Positions 26,027-35,345 of a stretch of DNA of 39,205 nucleotides are shown here, piece by piece (the first letter of the stretch is position 1; each line of letters opens with the position of its first letter). This stretch comes from a virus (Duplodnaviria; Caudoviricetes), in the IMG/VR virus record IMGVR_UViG_3300010398_000019, positions 1-39,205 of that record; one strand, written 5' to 3'. The notes under the pieces were generated by a model, which was not told where the DNA came from, ran no database searches, and saw only the letters and a program-made list of their open reading frames with translations. A program made the position numbers and the translations under genes.

Positions 26027-26407
26027 CTACTCCTTCCGGCTCGAAGCTTCGCCGCTAGCGAGCCCGGCCCGCGCCTCGGTCGTCTCCGCCGGCTCCGGCG
26101 CGGGTTCGCCGCCCGCTTCGGCCCGCCATCCGTCCCGGTCGGCTTCGGCCGCGGCGAGCGCCGACGCCGCGTCCGCCTCGTCGGCTAGGACTCCGTCGAG
26201 AAGCTCCCGGTACTTAGCGACCTTCGCGGTCGCGTTCCCGGCCGCGAGCACGGCAGCCGCGGCGACGGTCTCGGCATGAGCCGCCGCCGCCGCGGCGAAT
26301 CCCGGCCAGCTAGCGGCGAGTTCTTCGCCGGTCGCCGGATCCTGCCCGGCCGCTTCGCGGCTCGCCTGGATATGCGAGACGTAGTCGTCGAATCGGGTCG
26401 TCGTCAT
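26027..26407 (-). CDS. Ala-rich helical hypothetical protein
   Basis: ATG at 26407 in ATGA overlap; MTTTRFDDY... Confidence 0.65.
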   Translation of the reverse strand: MTTTRFDDYVSHIQASREAAGQDPATGEELAASWPGFAAAAAAHAETVAAAAVLAAGNATAKVAKYRELLDGVLADEADAASALAAAEADRDGWRAEAGGEPAPEPAETTEARAGLASGEASSRKE

Positions 26408-26724
26408 GTGCTGCCTACTCCCGTCGCGCACGGCGCATAGACCGCGCGATCCTCGCCGTCGTCGCGGGTGACCGTTACCGCCATGACCGGGCGGCCGGTC
26501 TCCGGGATCGTCTGGACGACGTCCTTCCCGACGTAGTCCTCCCGGTCGTGCGTCTCGACCTTGCATCGCGTCCCGGCCGGGACCATCGGGACCGATAGGA
26601 GCCCGAGTCCCGGGCAGGAATGAAACTGCGTATGCGGGAGCGCCGTCCGCGTAACCGCGGTCTGCGGACAGTTCGGGCACTCCCACCGCTCTTCGCGGAG
26701 TAGGAGCGGGACCGCGACCGTCAC
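26404..26724 (-). CDS. Hypothetical protein with CxxC...HxC motif
   Basis: RWECPNC...QFHSCPGL...REDYVG...RDDGED.AVYAPCA; GTGA-coupled. Confidence 0.75.
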   Translation of the reverse strand: MTVAVPLLLREERWECPNCPQTAVTRTALPHTQFHSCPGLGLLSVPMVPAGTRCKVETHDREDYVGKDVVQTIPETGRPVMAVTVTRDDGEDRAVYAPCATGVGST

Positions 26725-26975
26725 GTCTTCGCCGACCGCGGCGAAGCCGTCGTCCGGCCCTTCGGCGGCTCGGCGCGGGCTTCCGGACCCGGCCCGGCCG
26801 CGGCCTTCCGCTCCGCCGCGGCGCTCGGTGCGTCCGGGCCGGCGAGCGGCTTCCCGTTCGTCCCGTAACCGAGCGCGGCGAGTTGCTTCGCGACCCGGTC
26901 CGCCGTCGTCTGATGCTCCTGCGACCGGGCCGTCCGATACTCGGCGACGAGGTTCTCGACCGCTGTCCCAGCCAT
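26721..26975 (-). CDS. Small head-region protein
   Basis: GGAGG upstream; RVAKQLAALGY...PPKGR, the type of small gene usually found right behind actinophage capsid genes. Confidence 0.7.
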   Translation of the reverse strand: MAGTAVENLVAEYRTARSQEHQTTADRVAKQLAALGYGTNGKPLAGPDAPSAAAERKAAAGPGPEARAEPPKGRTTASPRSAKT

Positions 26976-26979
26976 GCCC

Positions 26980-27549
26980 TTACCTCCGGATCTGAGCGAA
27001 CGTCACCCCGCGTGGGGTGCGAAGAGTGAGCGCGTCGAGCTTCCCGGACGCGACGAGCCGGTCGAGCGAGACCGCCGCCGGGCGCCCCGGCCGCGTGTCA
27101 TGAATCCCGATCACCGCGCCCGGGCCGAGGTACGGCGCGACCGCGAGTAGCTCCTTCGCCCGGACCGCCGGGTCCGAGTCGATCCATACGAGCCCGGCCC
27201 ACGGGAGCCCGCGGAGCGCGCCCGCGTCGATCTCGTCGAGCGCCCGCCCGCGGACCACATGAACCGGGAGCCCGCGGCAGCGGGTAGCCGCCCGCGTCGC
27301 CCGCCGCCCGTCGATCTCGAACGTCGTCAAGATCCCATGGCCGTTCTTCTGTAGCGCCCGGCCGATAGCTTCCGACGTCTGCCCGGTATAGGTCCCGGTC
27401 TCGATAACATGCTCCGGCTGTAGCGCCCGCACGAACGCGGCGACGAGTTCGGAGACCTCCCATTCGGTCGCCTGATCGTCGTCCGCGTGCCAAAGCTGCG
27501 GGCTCCCGCACCACCCGTTAGGGCTCGAGAATCGGCTCTCCGGTCTCAT
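26980..27549 (-). CDS. Class I SAM-dependent methyltransferase (Methyltransf_24-like O-methyltransferase)
   Basis: VIETGTYTGQTS, TFEID, VWIDS, LGPGAVIGIHDT. Confidence 0.88.
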   Translation of the reverse strand: MRPESRFSSPNGWCGSPQLWHADDDQATEWEVSELVAAFVRALQPEHVIETGTYTGQTSEAIGRALQKNGHGILTTFEIDGRRATRAATRCRGLPVHVVRGRALDEIDAGALRGLPWAGLVWIDSDPAVRAKELLAVAPYLGPGAVIGIHDTRPGRPAAVSLDRLVASGKLDALTLRTPRGVTFAQIRR

Positions 27550-28097
27550 AGGTCGCCCGGCGCCGGATAGTTGACGTGGACCGGCGAGACGTCCCAGCAG
27601 AGCCGCGCTTCCCGCTCGACCTGGACATGATGCCAGCCGGAGAAGCCGATATCGGAGAACGGCTCGCCCGCGCCGGCGGCTTCGGCGCAGTACGCTTCGA
27701 CGAGCTTCGCCGGGAGGTAGACCATCCCGAAGCCGAAGAGATGCGCGAACTTGTCAGCCGTCGTGACGTACCGGGTCGCCGATCCTTCGTAGACGCGGCA
27801 GTTCCACACGGGCCGGGGTAGCGCCCGCCGTACCGTCCCGTGAAGCCCGCCGGGGTATTCGCGCATCGGCGCGACGAGAACCCGGTCGGGAGCTTCCCGC
27901 GCCCGGGCGGCGAAGCGGTCGAGGTCTTCCGGCGAGACCGCCGTGTCCCAGTCCAGATGGAGAATGTCGGCGCCGGCCGCGGCCGGGACGCCGAGCGGGA
28001 AGTAGTCGAAGTCCGCGACGTAGACCCGGGCGAACTGGTCTTCGACGCGGGCGTGTTCCGGCGGGACGAGAACCGGCCAGGACCGGAGGACCCTCAC
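27546..28097 (-). CDS. Divergent GT-A fold glycosyltransferase
   Basis: LHLDWD (DxD), FGFGMVYLP, FSDIGFS, VHVNY parallel the GT2 core motifs. Confidence 0.65.
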   Translation of the reverse strand: MRVLRSWPVLVPPEHARVEDQFARVYVADFDYFPLGVPAAAGADILHLDWDTAVSPEDLDRFAARAREAPDRVLVAPMREYPGGLHGTVRRALPRPVWNCRVYEGSATRYVTTADKFAHLFGFGMVYLPAKLVEAYCAEAAGAGEPFSDIGFSGWHHVQVEREARLCWDVSPVHVNYPAPGDL

Positions 28098-28738
28098 GGC
28101 GAGACGCTCCCGACGATCAGGCTCTTAACGTGGCCGGCCTGGACTCCGGTCGCGACATGAACCGGGATCCCGGCTTCGCCGAGCCGTAGGCAGAATGACC
28201 AGTCGTCGCCGATAAGCCCGCGGCCGGGAACCGGGATCGGGTCGAACCACCCGGAGCCGAGCTTCCCGAAGACGCTCCGGTGAACGAGTAGGCAGGCCGC
28301 GCCGCACGCGCCGACTTCGATAACCGCTCCCGGCTCCCACCGGAGAACGGGTGTAAAGCGGATCGTCGGCCCGTCGCCGTCTACCTCATGCATCGACGGG
28401 AGCCGCCCGCCGTTCGGCTGGAGGATATAGACGAGCCCGGAGACGACCGGCCGCCCGTCCGGGTCCGCCGCGGCTAGGAGCCCGCCGAGCGCGCCGAGCC
28501 CGAAGACGACGTCCGTATCGACCATCCACAGCCACTCGGCGGGCGACCGCAGGAACCGGGCGGCGAGCATGTTCCGCGCCTTACCGATCAGTGCGCCCGC
28601 GGTCTCGTCCGCGACCTCGCCGATCCGCGGATCCCGGTCCGGCCCGCCCGCTACGTCTAGAACCGAGCGCATGAACTCAGCGCGTACGGTTCCGGCGTGG
28701 ACGTAGCCGAGCATTACCGGCCCGGGATCCGCGCTCAT
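28094..28738 (-). CDS. GT2-like glycosyltransferase
   Basis: ARNMLA..FL, WLWMVDTDVVF, GACGAACLLVHRSVF, GDDWSFC, GHVK. Confidence 0.88.
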   Translation of the reverse strand: MSADPGPVMLGYVHAGTVRAEFMRSVLDVAGGPDRDPRIGEVADETAGALIGKARNMLAARFLRSPAEWLWMVDTDVVFGLGALGGLLAAADPDGRPVVSGLVYILQPNGGRLPSMHEVDGDGPTIRFTPVLRWEPGAVIEVGACGAACLLVHRSVFGKLGSGWFDPIPVPGRGLIGDDWSFCLRLGEAGIPVHVATGVQAGHVKSLIVGSVSP

Positions 28739-28760
28739 GTCAGGGCTAAGTTACTCCGGC

Positions 28761-30257
28761 CTAGAAGGTCGGGGTAACCATGCCGGTGCCCGCGACCTTG
28801 CCGAAGGCGTTCGAGTACCGCCCGAAGGTATAGGCGAAGTACTCCCAGACGACGAGGACGACCGCGATGTTCGGCGCGGCGACCTGGTCGGCCCGGATGA
28901 AGATAGGCGCGTTCGGGTCCTCCCAGAGATGCGCTTCCATCGCCGGGACGACGTAAAGCTCGTCCTGGTTGGTGCCGACTCCAAGGTTCGTCGCGATATT
29001 ATTATCGACGACGACTTCGAGCCCGATTGGGAGCGTACCGCGGACGCCGCGGTTATACGCGGACGCCGGGTTCGCGACTCCGGCGGACTGCGCCGGGTTC
29101 GGTCCCGAGTTGATGAACGGCCACGTCGAAGTGAGCGCGGACGCCATCCAGTACCAGCGGCGGGAATGCATGACCGCGTGCGTCGGGTAGCCGCGGGCGA
29201 GAAGCGCCGCTTCGACTCCGGCCGCGGCGCCCATGATCTTGGGATACATCTCCGGGACCGTAGGCGTCGTGTCGTCGTAGGTAACGCCGGTCGCGACCGC
29301 GGCGAGCCCGGTCGTCGCCTGCGTGATCAGCGTCGCGTCGAGCGTCGTCCCCAGGCTCGCGAAGAGATCCTGCATCAAGATGTCTTCGATCCCGGTTCCG
29401 CGGTCGATGGCCTGCCTGCTGACCTTCTGCTGACCCGCGGCGGTCTGGACCGGGATCGTCAGGAGCGTGTCGTCGGCGGAGGTCGCCGAAGCGGTGTCGA
29501 GTTCGTTCGCCTGTAGCGCCGTACTCGTCCCGGTCGTGATCCGGGAGATATCGAGCGCCATCCCATCGGGCGGGAGCGGGTGGGCGTTGCAGATGTCGGC
29601 GAACGGGCGGAGCGCCCGGGCGACCGGAGCGTAAAGCTCGACGAGGTACTGAGGGACGGTCAGGCCGGCCCAGTTCGCCGTAGTCGTATCGCCCGCCGCC
29701 CGCTCCTGGTAGCCGGCCTGCCGCTCGACGCGCTCTTCGGCCATGTGCCGCGCCAGCCGCGCCTGTGCGGCCGGGTCGGAGAAGACCTGACCGCGGGCGA
29801 CGTCGGTAAGGAACCGGCGCCCGTACGGATCGTTCCCGCGGTGGTAGGTCCGCTCTTCGGCGCCGATCCGGGCGGCGTGGTCGTACGCGGGAACCTCGCG
29901 GGTGCCGCGTGGGAGCGTCCCGGGAGCGGCGTCGCCGTCGCCGCCGACCGGTCCGCGGGCCGGGACGGACCGCTGCGACTCGGCGACGTAGGCGCGCTCT
30001 TCTTCTTCGAGGTCGGACAGGTTCGCGAGCTTCTGGCGGATCGCCGCGATATCCCGCCGCGCCGCGTCGCGGGACGTACGGGCGGCTTCGACGTCGGCCG
30101 TCTCCTGCTCGGTGAGCGCCGAGCGTCCCTCCTGGTTGGCCGTCTGGATGATGTACGCGACGCGGGCGCGAGCTACCTCGCGGCGGTGCTCCGCGGCCTG
30201 TAGCTCGACTTCCGCCTGTGCGCGGAGCGAGTCGGTCGTAATCGCTGATGCTGGCAT
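28761..30257 (-). CDS. Major capsid protein, HK97 fold, with N-terminal coiled-coil delta domain
   Basis: ATG at 30257 with GGAGG RBS (the track start at 30350 runs into the leader); GLTVPQYL, AGQQKVSRQAIDR, VMHSRRW, LEVVVDNNI. Confidence 0.92.
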   Translation of the reverse strand: MPASAITTDSLRAQAEVELQAAEHRREVARARVAYIIQTANQEGRSALTEQETADVEAARTSRDAARRDIAAIRQKLANLSDLEEEERAYVAESQRSVPARGPVGGDGDAAPGTLPRGTREVPAYDHAARIGAEERTYHRGNDPYGRRFLTDVARGQVFSDPAAQARLARHMAEERVERQAGYQERAAGDTTTANWAGLTVPQYLVELYAPVARALRPFADICNAHPLPPDGMALDISRITTGTSTALQANELDTASATSADDTLLTIPVQTAAGQQKVSRQAIDRGTGIEDILMQDLFASLGTTLDATLITQATTGLAAVATGVTYDDTTPTVPEMYPKIMGAAAGVEAALLARGYPTHAVMHSRRWYWMASALTSTWPFINSGPNPAQSAGVANPASAYNRGVRGTLPIGLEVVVDNNIATNLGVGTNQDELYVVPAMEAHLWEDPNAPIFIRADQVAAPNIAVVLVVWEYFAYTFGRYSNAFGKVAGTGMVTPTF

Positions 30258-30295
30258 GTCGAAAGACCTCCGGACATGACGAAGGAACGGTAAGG

Positions 30296-30405
30296 GTGTC
30301 CCGGCTCGCGGCTCCCGCTCCGATCTGGCGGGTAGCTCGCGGCGCGTCACGCCGGCCTGATCTATCCGGCTCCGGCCGCCCGGTCTGACTTCCGGGACGG
30401 CGGAC
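30296..30405 (-). promoter_or_regulatory. Three-hairpin 5' leader of the capsid gene with a shared loop motif
   Basis: Minus-strand loops AAGTCAGA, ATAGATCAGG and CAGATCGGA, each closed by a GC stem. Confidence 0.5.
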
Positions 30406-30410
30406 GTTCG

Positions 30411-31985
30411 CTAGGCGTCGGCCGCGTCGAGTTCGTTATCGAACTCTTGCTGCGCCATGACTAGCGACAATGACATTACCCGCGGACCGGCGGTACGGGA
30501 AGGAACTCCGGCCGGCCCGGGCGCGGCGGACCCGTGCTGGTGGTCGTGGCTATCGTCGCCCGCGTGGCTATGCATGTGATCGTGCTGAGCGTCTCCGCCC
30601 TGCGACCCGTAAGCCGGGTGGGCGTGGGCATGGTCGCCGTTATACGCGCCGTGAGCCGCCCGGTCTTCGCCGGTCTCGTCTTCGATACCCCAGGTCGCGA
30701 GGTCCGCGGCGAGGTCGGCGACCGTCGCGTCGCCGGCGACCGTCCCGGCGGGCTCGCCGCGTTCGGCGACCATGACCGCCCGGCCGTACTCGATAGCCGT
30801 CGCGCCCGTCCCGAACCGCTCCGCGAGTTGCCGGTACGCCGCCCGGGCGGCTCCCGCGGGAAGGTGGTCGAGCGCGGCGAGGATCTCCGGCGCCCGCGCC
30901 GCGATGGAGGTGTAAGGGTTCGCGCCGTAGTTGACGGCCGAGACGTCGCCGCGGTGGATATCCGCCTCGTAGATCGTGAAGTGATCGTAGTCCTCGTTCC
31001 ACCCGCCCGCGGTCAGGTAGAAGGCGAACGACATCTCGTCTACGAGCCCGTCGTCGATCGCCGAGACGATATCCCGGACGTCCTGCCGGTTCGCGTTCAG
31101 CCATGCCCGGGCGCCGAGCCCGGTCGAGTCGGCCCACAGTTCGAGCGTCTGATTCTTCGTCCGCGCCATCGTGACGCCCTTGTGGTTGACGAGCCACGCG
31201 ACGTCGAGCCCGTCCCGTTCGAGCGAAGCGTCGAAGGCACCCTTCTTCACCGTCTCGTCGTACGGGCCGAACATGTCATACATGGTGTAAGGCGTATCGA
31301 CGACGCTCGCGTAGCCTTCGACCTCGTAGAAGCTCTGCCCGTCCCGCGTGACCGGCTTCGCCCGGAGCTTCCCGGAGAACGACTGCAACCGGGCCGGGCC
31401 GAGCGGGATAAACCCGCGGCTCCCGTACGCCGAAGCGCGGTCCGGCGCGCCGTTCGTCTCATAGTCCGGGTTGATCTGCTTCATATGGTTCTCCAAGTGG
31501 GTACGCGCCGCGGCTTCGTTCGTAAGCCCTTGGGTCGTCGGGAGCCGGGAGAGCGCGTTCCGAGTCCCGGCCGCGTTCGGACCCTTCCCCGGGTAGTGAT
31601 GCGGGAGCGCATGAGCGGCCTGGGTCGCCGGGTCGCCCGCCTTCTTCCCGGCGCATATCGAGCCGTAGCAGCCCGCCGAGTCGTCCTTCGCCGCACATTG
31701 GGACATCGCCTTATCGGCGTCCCAGGCCGAGTTATCGACGTCGGCGCGGTAGTGGAGCGGGCCGGCCGCCCGCTCGGCGCATGGCTCGCAGTCCCAGGTT
31801 AGTTTCGCGAGTCCGCTCGACATCTTGGCTCCCGGTTCGTTCGCGTAGAGCGCGGCCATATGCGTCTCCGCTTCGGCTTTCGTCGGGTGACAGCCGCCCG
31901 GGACGACGTTCCCGGTCGCGTCGAGAATGACCCCCCACGGCTTCGACGCCGGACATTGCGCCGTCTTGCTCACATGCCACGGCAA
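30411..31985 (-). CDS. HK97-family prohead protease with two extra N-terminal domains and a His-rich C-terminus
   Basis: VEGYASV, ETVKKGAF, LVNH, DSTGL, EMSFAF, DVSAVNYGANPYT. Confidence 0.9.
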   Translation of the reverse strand: MPWHVSKTAQCPASKPWGVILDATGNVVPGGCHPTKAEAETHMAALYANEPGAKMSSGLAKLTWDCEPCAERAAGPLHYRADVDNSAWDADKAMSQCAAKDDSAGCYGSICAGKKAGDPATQAAHALPHHYPGKGPNAAGTRNALSRLPTTQGLTNEAAARTHLENHMKQINPDYETNGAPDRASAYGSRGFIPLGPARLQSFSGKLRAKPVTRDGQSFYEVEGYASVVDTPYTMYDMFGPYDETVKKGAFDASLERDGLDVAWLVNHKGVTMARTKNQTLELWADSTGLGARAWLNANRQDVRDIVSAIDDGLVDEMSFAFYLTAGGWNEDYDHFTIYEADIHRGDVSAVNYGANPYTSIAARAPEILAALDHLPAGAARAAYRQLAERFGTGATAIEYGRAVMVAERGEPAGTVAGDATVADLAADLATWGIEDETGEDRAAHGAYNGDHAHAHPAYGSQGGDAQHDHMHSHAGDDSHDHQHGSAAPGPAGVPSRTAGPRVMSLSLVMAQQEFDNELDAADA

Positions 31986-31990
31986 CGGGA

Positions 31991-33319
31991 TCAGGCTCCG
32001 GGCGGTCCGACCGCGGCCGGGCTCGGCGACGCCGGGCTCGACGGGCTCGCGGCCTTCGGCGGGAAGAACTGTAGAAGCTCGTCGATCTGCGGCTGCGTGA
32101 ACGGCGGGAGACCGTCGTTCTCGCGTAGCTCCGAAGGAGCGCGGAGCCGGGCGTCGATCAGCGTCTTAAAGTACGTCGCCCGGGTCGCCGGGTCCATCGC
32201 GAGAAGGTCGTCGGCGTCGAGACAGACGTACCGCGGCGCTTGGGTCAGCGTCGAGAGCGCCCACTCGCGGCGCCGGATCGCCGGGCGGAGGTGGACGATC
32301 AGGAACGATAGGTGTCGCTGCGTAATGTTCGCGTACGTGATCCGCGTCCCGTTATTGATCTCCGCTTCGATCAGGTCGGACGGAGCGCCGAAGAACCGGG
32401 CGACGTCGAGTACCCCGGACCGCTGCCCTTCGAGCCAGTCCGTCGAAGCCTGCTGCGCTTGTATGAGGTCGTACTCCCAGTCGTTCCCGAAGACGAACGG
32501 TTCGCCGGTCGCGACCGACGCCCGCCACGACTCCTTAACGATCGTCGCCTCTTTCGGGTTGATCGTCTTCTGCTTGTTCTGTAGCCGAGCCCGCGGGACG
32601 CCGCCGCCGACGAACCATTCGATAGCAAACCGCTCGATACTCTCCCACCGGCCGAGCGTAAACGCCGCGTAGGCGACCGGGGAGAGCCCGACCGGGAGCC
32701 CGGGAACCGGGAACTGCCGCTCATGCCAGATGACGTCCGGGAGATACTTCTTCCCGCCGATCCGGTAGCCGGAGAGCTTCCCGCCTTCGGTGAGGACAAC
32801 ACAGTTCATCGCCGGCTGTAGCTCGATTACCTTCGGGAGCCCGAGCCCGTCGAACTCGCGGATAATGCCGATGGCGTTCCCGGCCCGGTCGAGATCGACT
32901 TGCGAAGCGTAGAGCCATTCCGGGAGCCCGATCCGGCCGGCGCCCGCGTACGCCGTCCCGGGCGGAGCGCCGGACGGCCAGGACAGGACCGGCGGCGTCG
33001 TAACGAGGATCGGGATAACCGACCCGTCCGGCTGAACCGCCTTCCGGTAGACCGACAGCGGAAGCGACGAGACCATATCGGCGCGGAGCCGCAGACAGGC
33101 CCAGACCGCCGAGTTCCGGAGCGCCGTCTCCGGCGTCACGTACGGGATGCCGCCCCGGCCCGAACCCGGCCGCGGCGCGATCAGGTCGGTCCAGTTCGTA
33201 ATGCCGAGGTAGTCCCGGACCTGCTGCATATCGACGATCCGCCCGGCGAGCGAACCCTTCCCAGCCGGGACGAGAGCCGAGCCGGGAGACCCGAGCTTCG
33301 GCCCGGAGATCAGTCCCAC
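31991..33319 (-). CDS. Portal protein (HK97 family)
   Basis: ALRNSAVWAC...SLPL, GNA, GLSPV, VARFFGAP, TYANI, ELRENDGLPP. Confidence 0.95.
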   Translation of the reverse strand: MGLISGPKLGSPGSALVPAGKGSLAGRIVDMQQVRDYLGITNWTDLIAPRPGSGRGGIPYVTPETALRNSAVWACLRLRADMVSSLPLSVYRKAVQPDGSVIPILVTTPPVLSWPSGAPPGTAYAGAGRIGLPEWLYASQVDLDRAGNAIGIIREFDGLGLPKVIELQPAMNCVVLTEGGKLSGYRIGGKKYLPDVIWHERQFPVPGLPVGLSPVAYAAFTLGRWESIERFAIEWFVGGGVPRARLQNKQKTINPKEATIVKESWRASVATGEPFVFGNDWEYDLIQAQQASTDWLEGQRSGVLDVARFFGAPSDLIEAEINNGTRITYANITQRHLSFLIVHLRPAIRRREWALSTLTQAPRYVCLDADDLLAMDPATRATYFKTLIDARLRAPSELRENDGLPPFTQPQIDELLQFFPPKAASPSSPASPSPAAVGPPGA

Positions 33320-33322
33320 GGC

Positions 33323-33619
33323 TTACCGGATCCGCGAGTCGATCCGCAGGCAGAAGAGCCCGCCCGCGATCAGCCCGGCCCATACGCCGAAGCGGAGCGC
33401 GATCCCGGCGGAGATCAGCCCGGCGCCGGCGATCCCCGGGAGCGCGAGCCGGTACTCGGCGACCCGGGCGACCCGCGGCGCGAGCCATTCCCGAGCCCTA
33501 ACGCTCGCCGAGCTCAGAATCTCGCGGAGCGGCCGCCGGTCTGCAACCCGGCGGGCCGCCGGCTCCGGGATAATCTCCCGGATTACGCCGCCCGGGTGCG
33601 TCGCCGTCCCGTTCGCCAT
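33323..33619 (-). CDS. Small membrane protein preceding the portal
   Basis: GGAGGG RBS; C-terminal GIAGAGLISAGIA...WAGLIAGGLF hydrophobic hairpin. Confidence 0.75.
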   Translation of the reverse strand: MANGTATHPGGVIREIIPEPAARRVADRRPLREILSSASVRAREWLAPRVARVAEYRLALPGIAGAGLISAGIALRFGVWAGLIAGGLFCLRIDSRIR

Positions 33620-33629
33620 CAGGTCCCTC

Positions 33630-35345
33630 CTAAGTCCCGGCCCGGATCAGCGCCGAGTAGTCCCGGCCGGTCGCCTTATGTAGCTCGGTCAGCCCGCGGT
33701 CGTCGATCAGTTCGGCGGCGAAGAGCCGGGCGATATCCGCCGGGCCGTAGACGCCCATATTGCATAGCCGGATGATCTCGGTCAGGTCGAAGTGGACCGA
33801 GTCGCCGACGTCGTAGGAGTCGCCGCCGAGCTTCCGGTAAAGCCAGTGCGCGAGCGAGTACGCGACGAGCGGCGAGATATCGACGTCCGAGTTAACCCGG
33901 TCCCACGCGAGCCCATCGCCGAGCTTCCGCGTCGCCGCCCCGGCGAGCGCGACCGCGACCTCCTTATCCGTCGCGTGCGTCAGCGCGTCGTCGCGGAAGT
34001 CGTCGTAGATCCCGCCGAACGCGAACGCCATATCCCGCGCCGCGGGCTGGATCACGTTAAGCCCGCTCGCGATCATGTCGTCGATCAGCGTCCCGGCCGC
34101 GGCTCGCGGATCTACCGCCCACCCGACCGGAGACCAGCGGCGGTCGAGTTCGAGCGCCCGGTTAAGGAGCCACGACGTACCGGGCCGGTGGTCGGCGAGT
34201 TCGAGATGAACCTTCGCGACCGCCCGCGGGACTCCGCCGTCCGGATCGGGCCGGAAGACCTTCGACTCGCGGCCGGCTCCCGCGAGCGCGATCGACGAGA
34301 AGGTCCGCTTCGGCGTCGTATCTATCGCGAACGCCGGAGCGCCCGGCCGCGGGACCTCGTCGTTAGCCGTCGCCGTCCACCACCGTCTAGGAATGACGGC
34401 CCAGCCGTCTTTCGGCGCCGGATACGTCCCGACGTCGAGCCGCTCGACCGCGAACGATGCCGCGTCCATGCCGCGGGCTTCCCGCTCGACCGCTTCGAGC
34501 GTCAGCCCGGTCCCGTCCGAGTGGATATAGCCGAGACCCGGGTTCGCCTTGTAGTAGGACTCGACGTCGTAAACCTCGTCGTGTTCCCCACAGCCCGGCT
34601 CGCAGTACGGCGTGTGCGGGTCGATAGACCACTCGGCGAAGAAGAGCGCCGGGTCGCCGCCCGCGAGCCCGCGGGTCCGGATCAAAGCTAGCTGCGTCGA
34701 GACCGACCCGAGCCCGGCCGACGCCGTATACCAGACCTGCGTACCGCCCGCCGTCGCCATATTCCGCGCCGACATGGTCGGGAGCGACGAGCCGACGATA
34801 TCCGCCGACAGGATCATCGCCTCGTCGTAGACGAGCAGGTCGCAGGAGAACCCGCGAGCCGCCGTCTTCGACCGCGCCAGGAACCGGAGCCGCGTCCCGC
34901 CGCGGAACTCGATCCCCTCTTCGCCGTGCGACTCCGGCATCTTCATAACCGCCCGGTCGAGATCCGGCGTCGCCTCGATCAGCTTCCGGATACGCCGGAA
35001 CGCCTCCTGCGACGTCCGGAACTCATGCGCCGTATGGATGATCAACGTCTCGCCGAAGAGGACGAGCCCGGCGAGTTCCCGCGCCTCCAAGATCGCCGAC
35101 TTTCCGTTTTGCCTCGGAATGATCAAGCCGATCTCCCAGGCTGCCCACTTCCCGTCGCGCCGCTCCGCGAGCGCCCGGTCGAGTACCCACGCCTGCCACG
35201 GGTCGAGAACGAGCCCGGCGCGCCCGGCCAAGTCCACCGCTTCCGACCCGGCGGAAGATACGGCGGGCGGGACCGAGCACAACCGGGGCCGCGATTCACC
35301 AACCCTGAGCGCGGCGTCGCCGGTCTCGCCTAGCCGCGATCTCAT
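33630..35345 (-). CDS. terL: Terminase large subunit
   Basis: LDPWQ, Walker A IPRQNGKS, HTAH, RGFS, Walker B LVYDEA, ANPGLG, FAID, DISPLVA. Confidence 0.96.
   Translation of the reverse strand: MRSRLGETGDAALRVGESRPRLCSVPPAVSSAGSEAVDLAGRAGLVLDPWQAWVLDRALAERRDGKWAAWEIGLIIPRQNGKSAILEARELAGLVLFGETLIIHTAHEFRTSQEAFRRIRKLIEATPDLDRAVMKMPESHGEEGIEFRGGTRLRFLARSKTAARGFSCDLLVYDEAMILSADIVGSSLPTMSARNMATAGGTQVWYTASAGLGSVSTQLALIRTRGLAGGDPALFFAEWSIDPHTPYCEPGCGEHDEVYDVESYYKANPGLGYIHSDGTGLTLEAVEREARGMDAASFAVERLDVGTYPAPKDGWAVIPRRWWTATANDEVPRPGAPAFAIDTTPKRTFSSIALAGAGRESKVFRPDPDGGVPRAVAKVHLELADHRPGTSWLLNRALELDRRWSPVGWAVDPRAAAGTLIDDMIASGLNVIQPAARDMAFAFGGIYDDFRDDALTHATDKEVAVALAGAATRKLGDGLAWDRVNSDVDISPLVAYSLAHWLYRKLGGDSYDVGDSVHFDLTEIIRLCNMGVYGPADIARLFAAELIDDRGLTELHKATGRDYSALIRAGT

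Noticed and set aside
30258-30350. N-terminal extension of the capsid ORF in the track (start 30350)
   Set aside because: The GGAGG RBS precedes ATG 30257 and the upstream stretch is better explained as a hairpin leader
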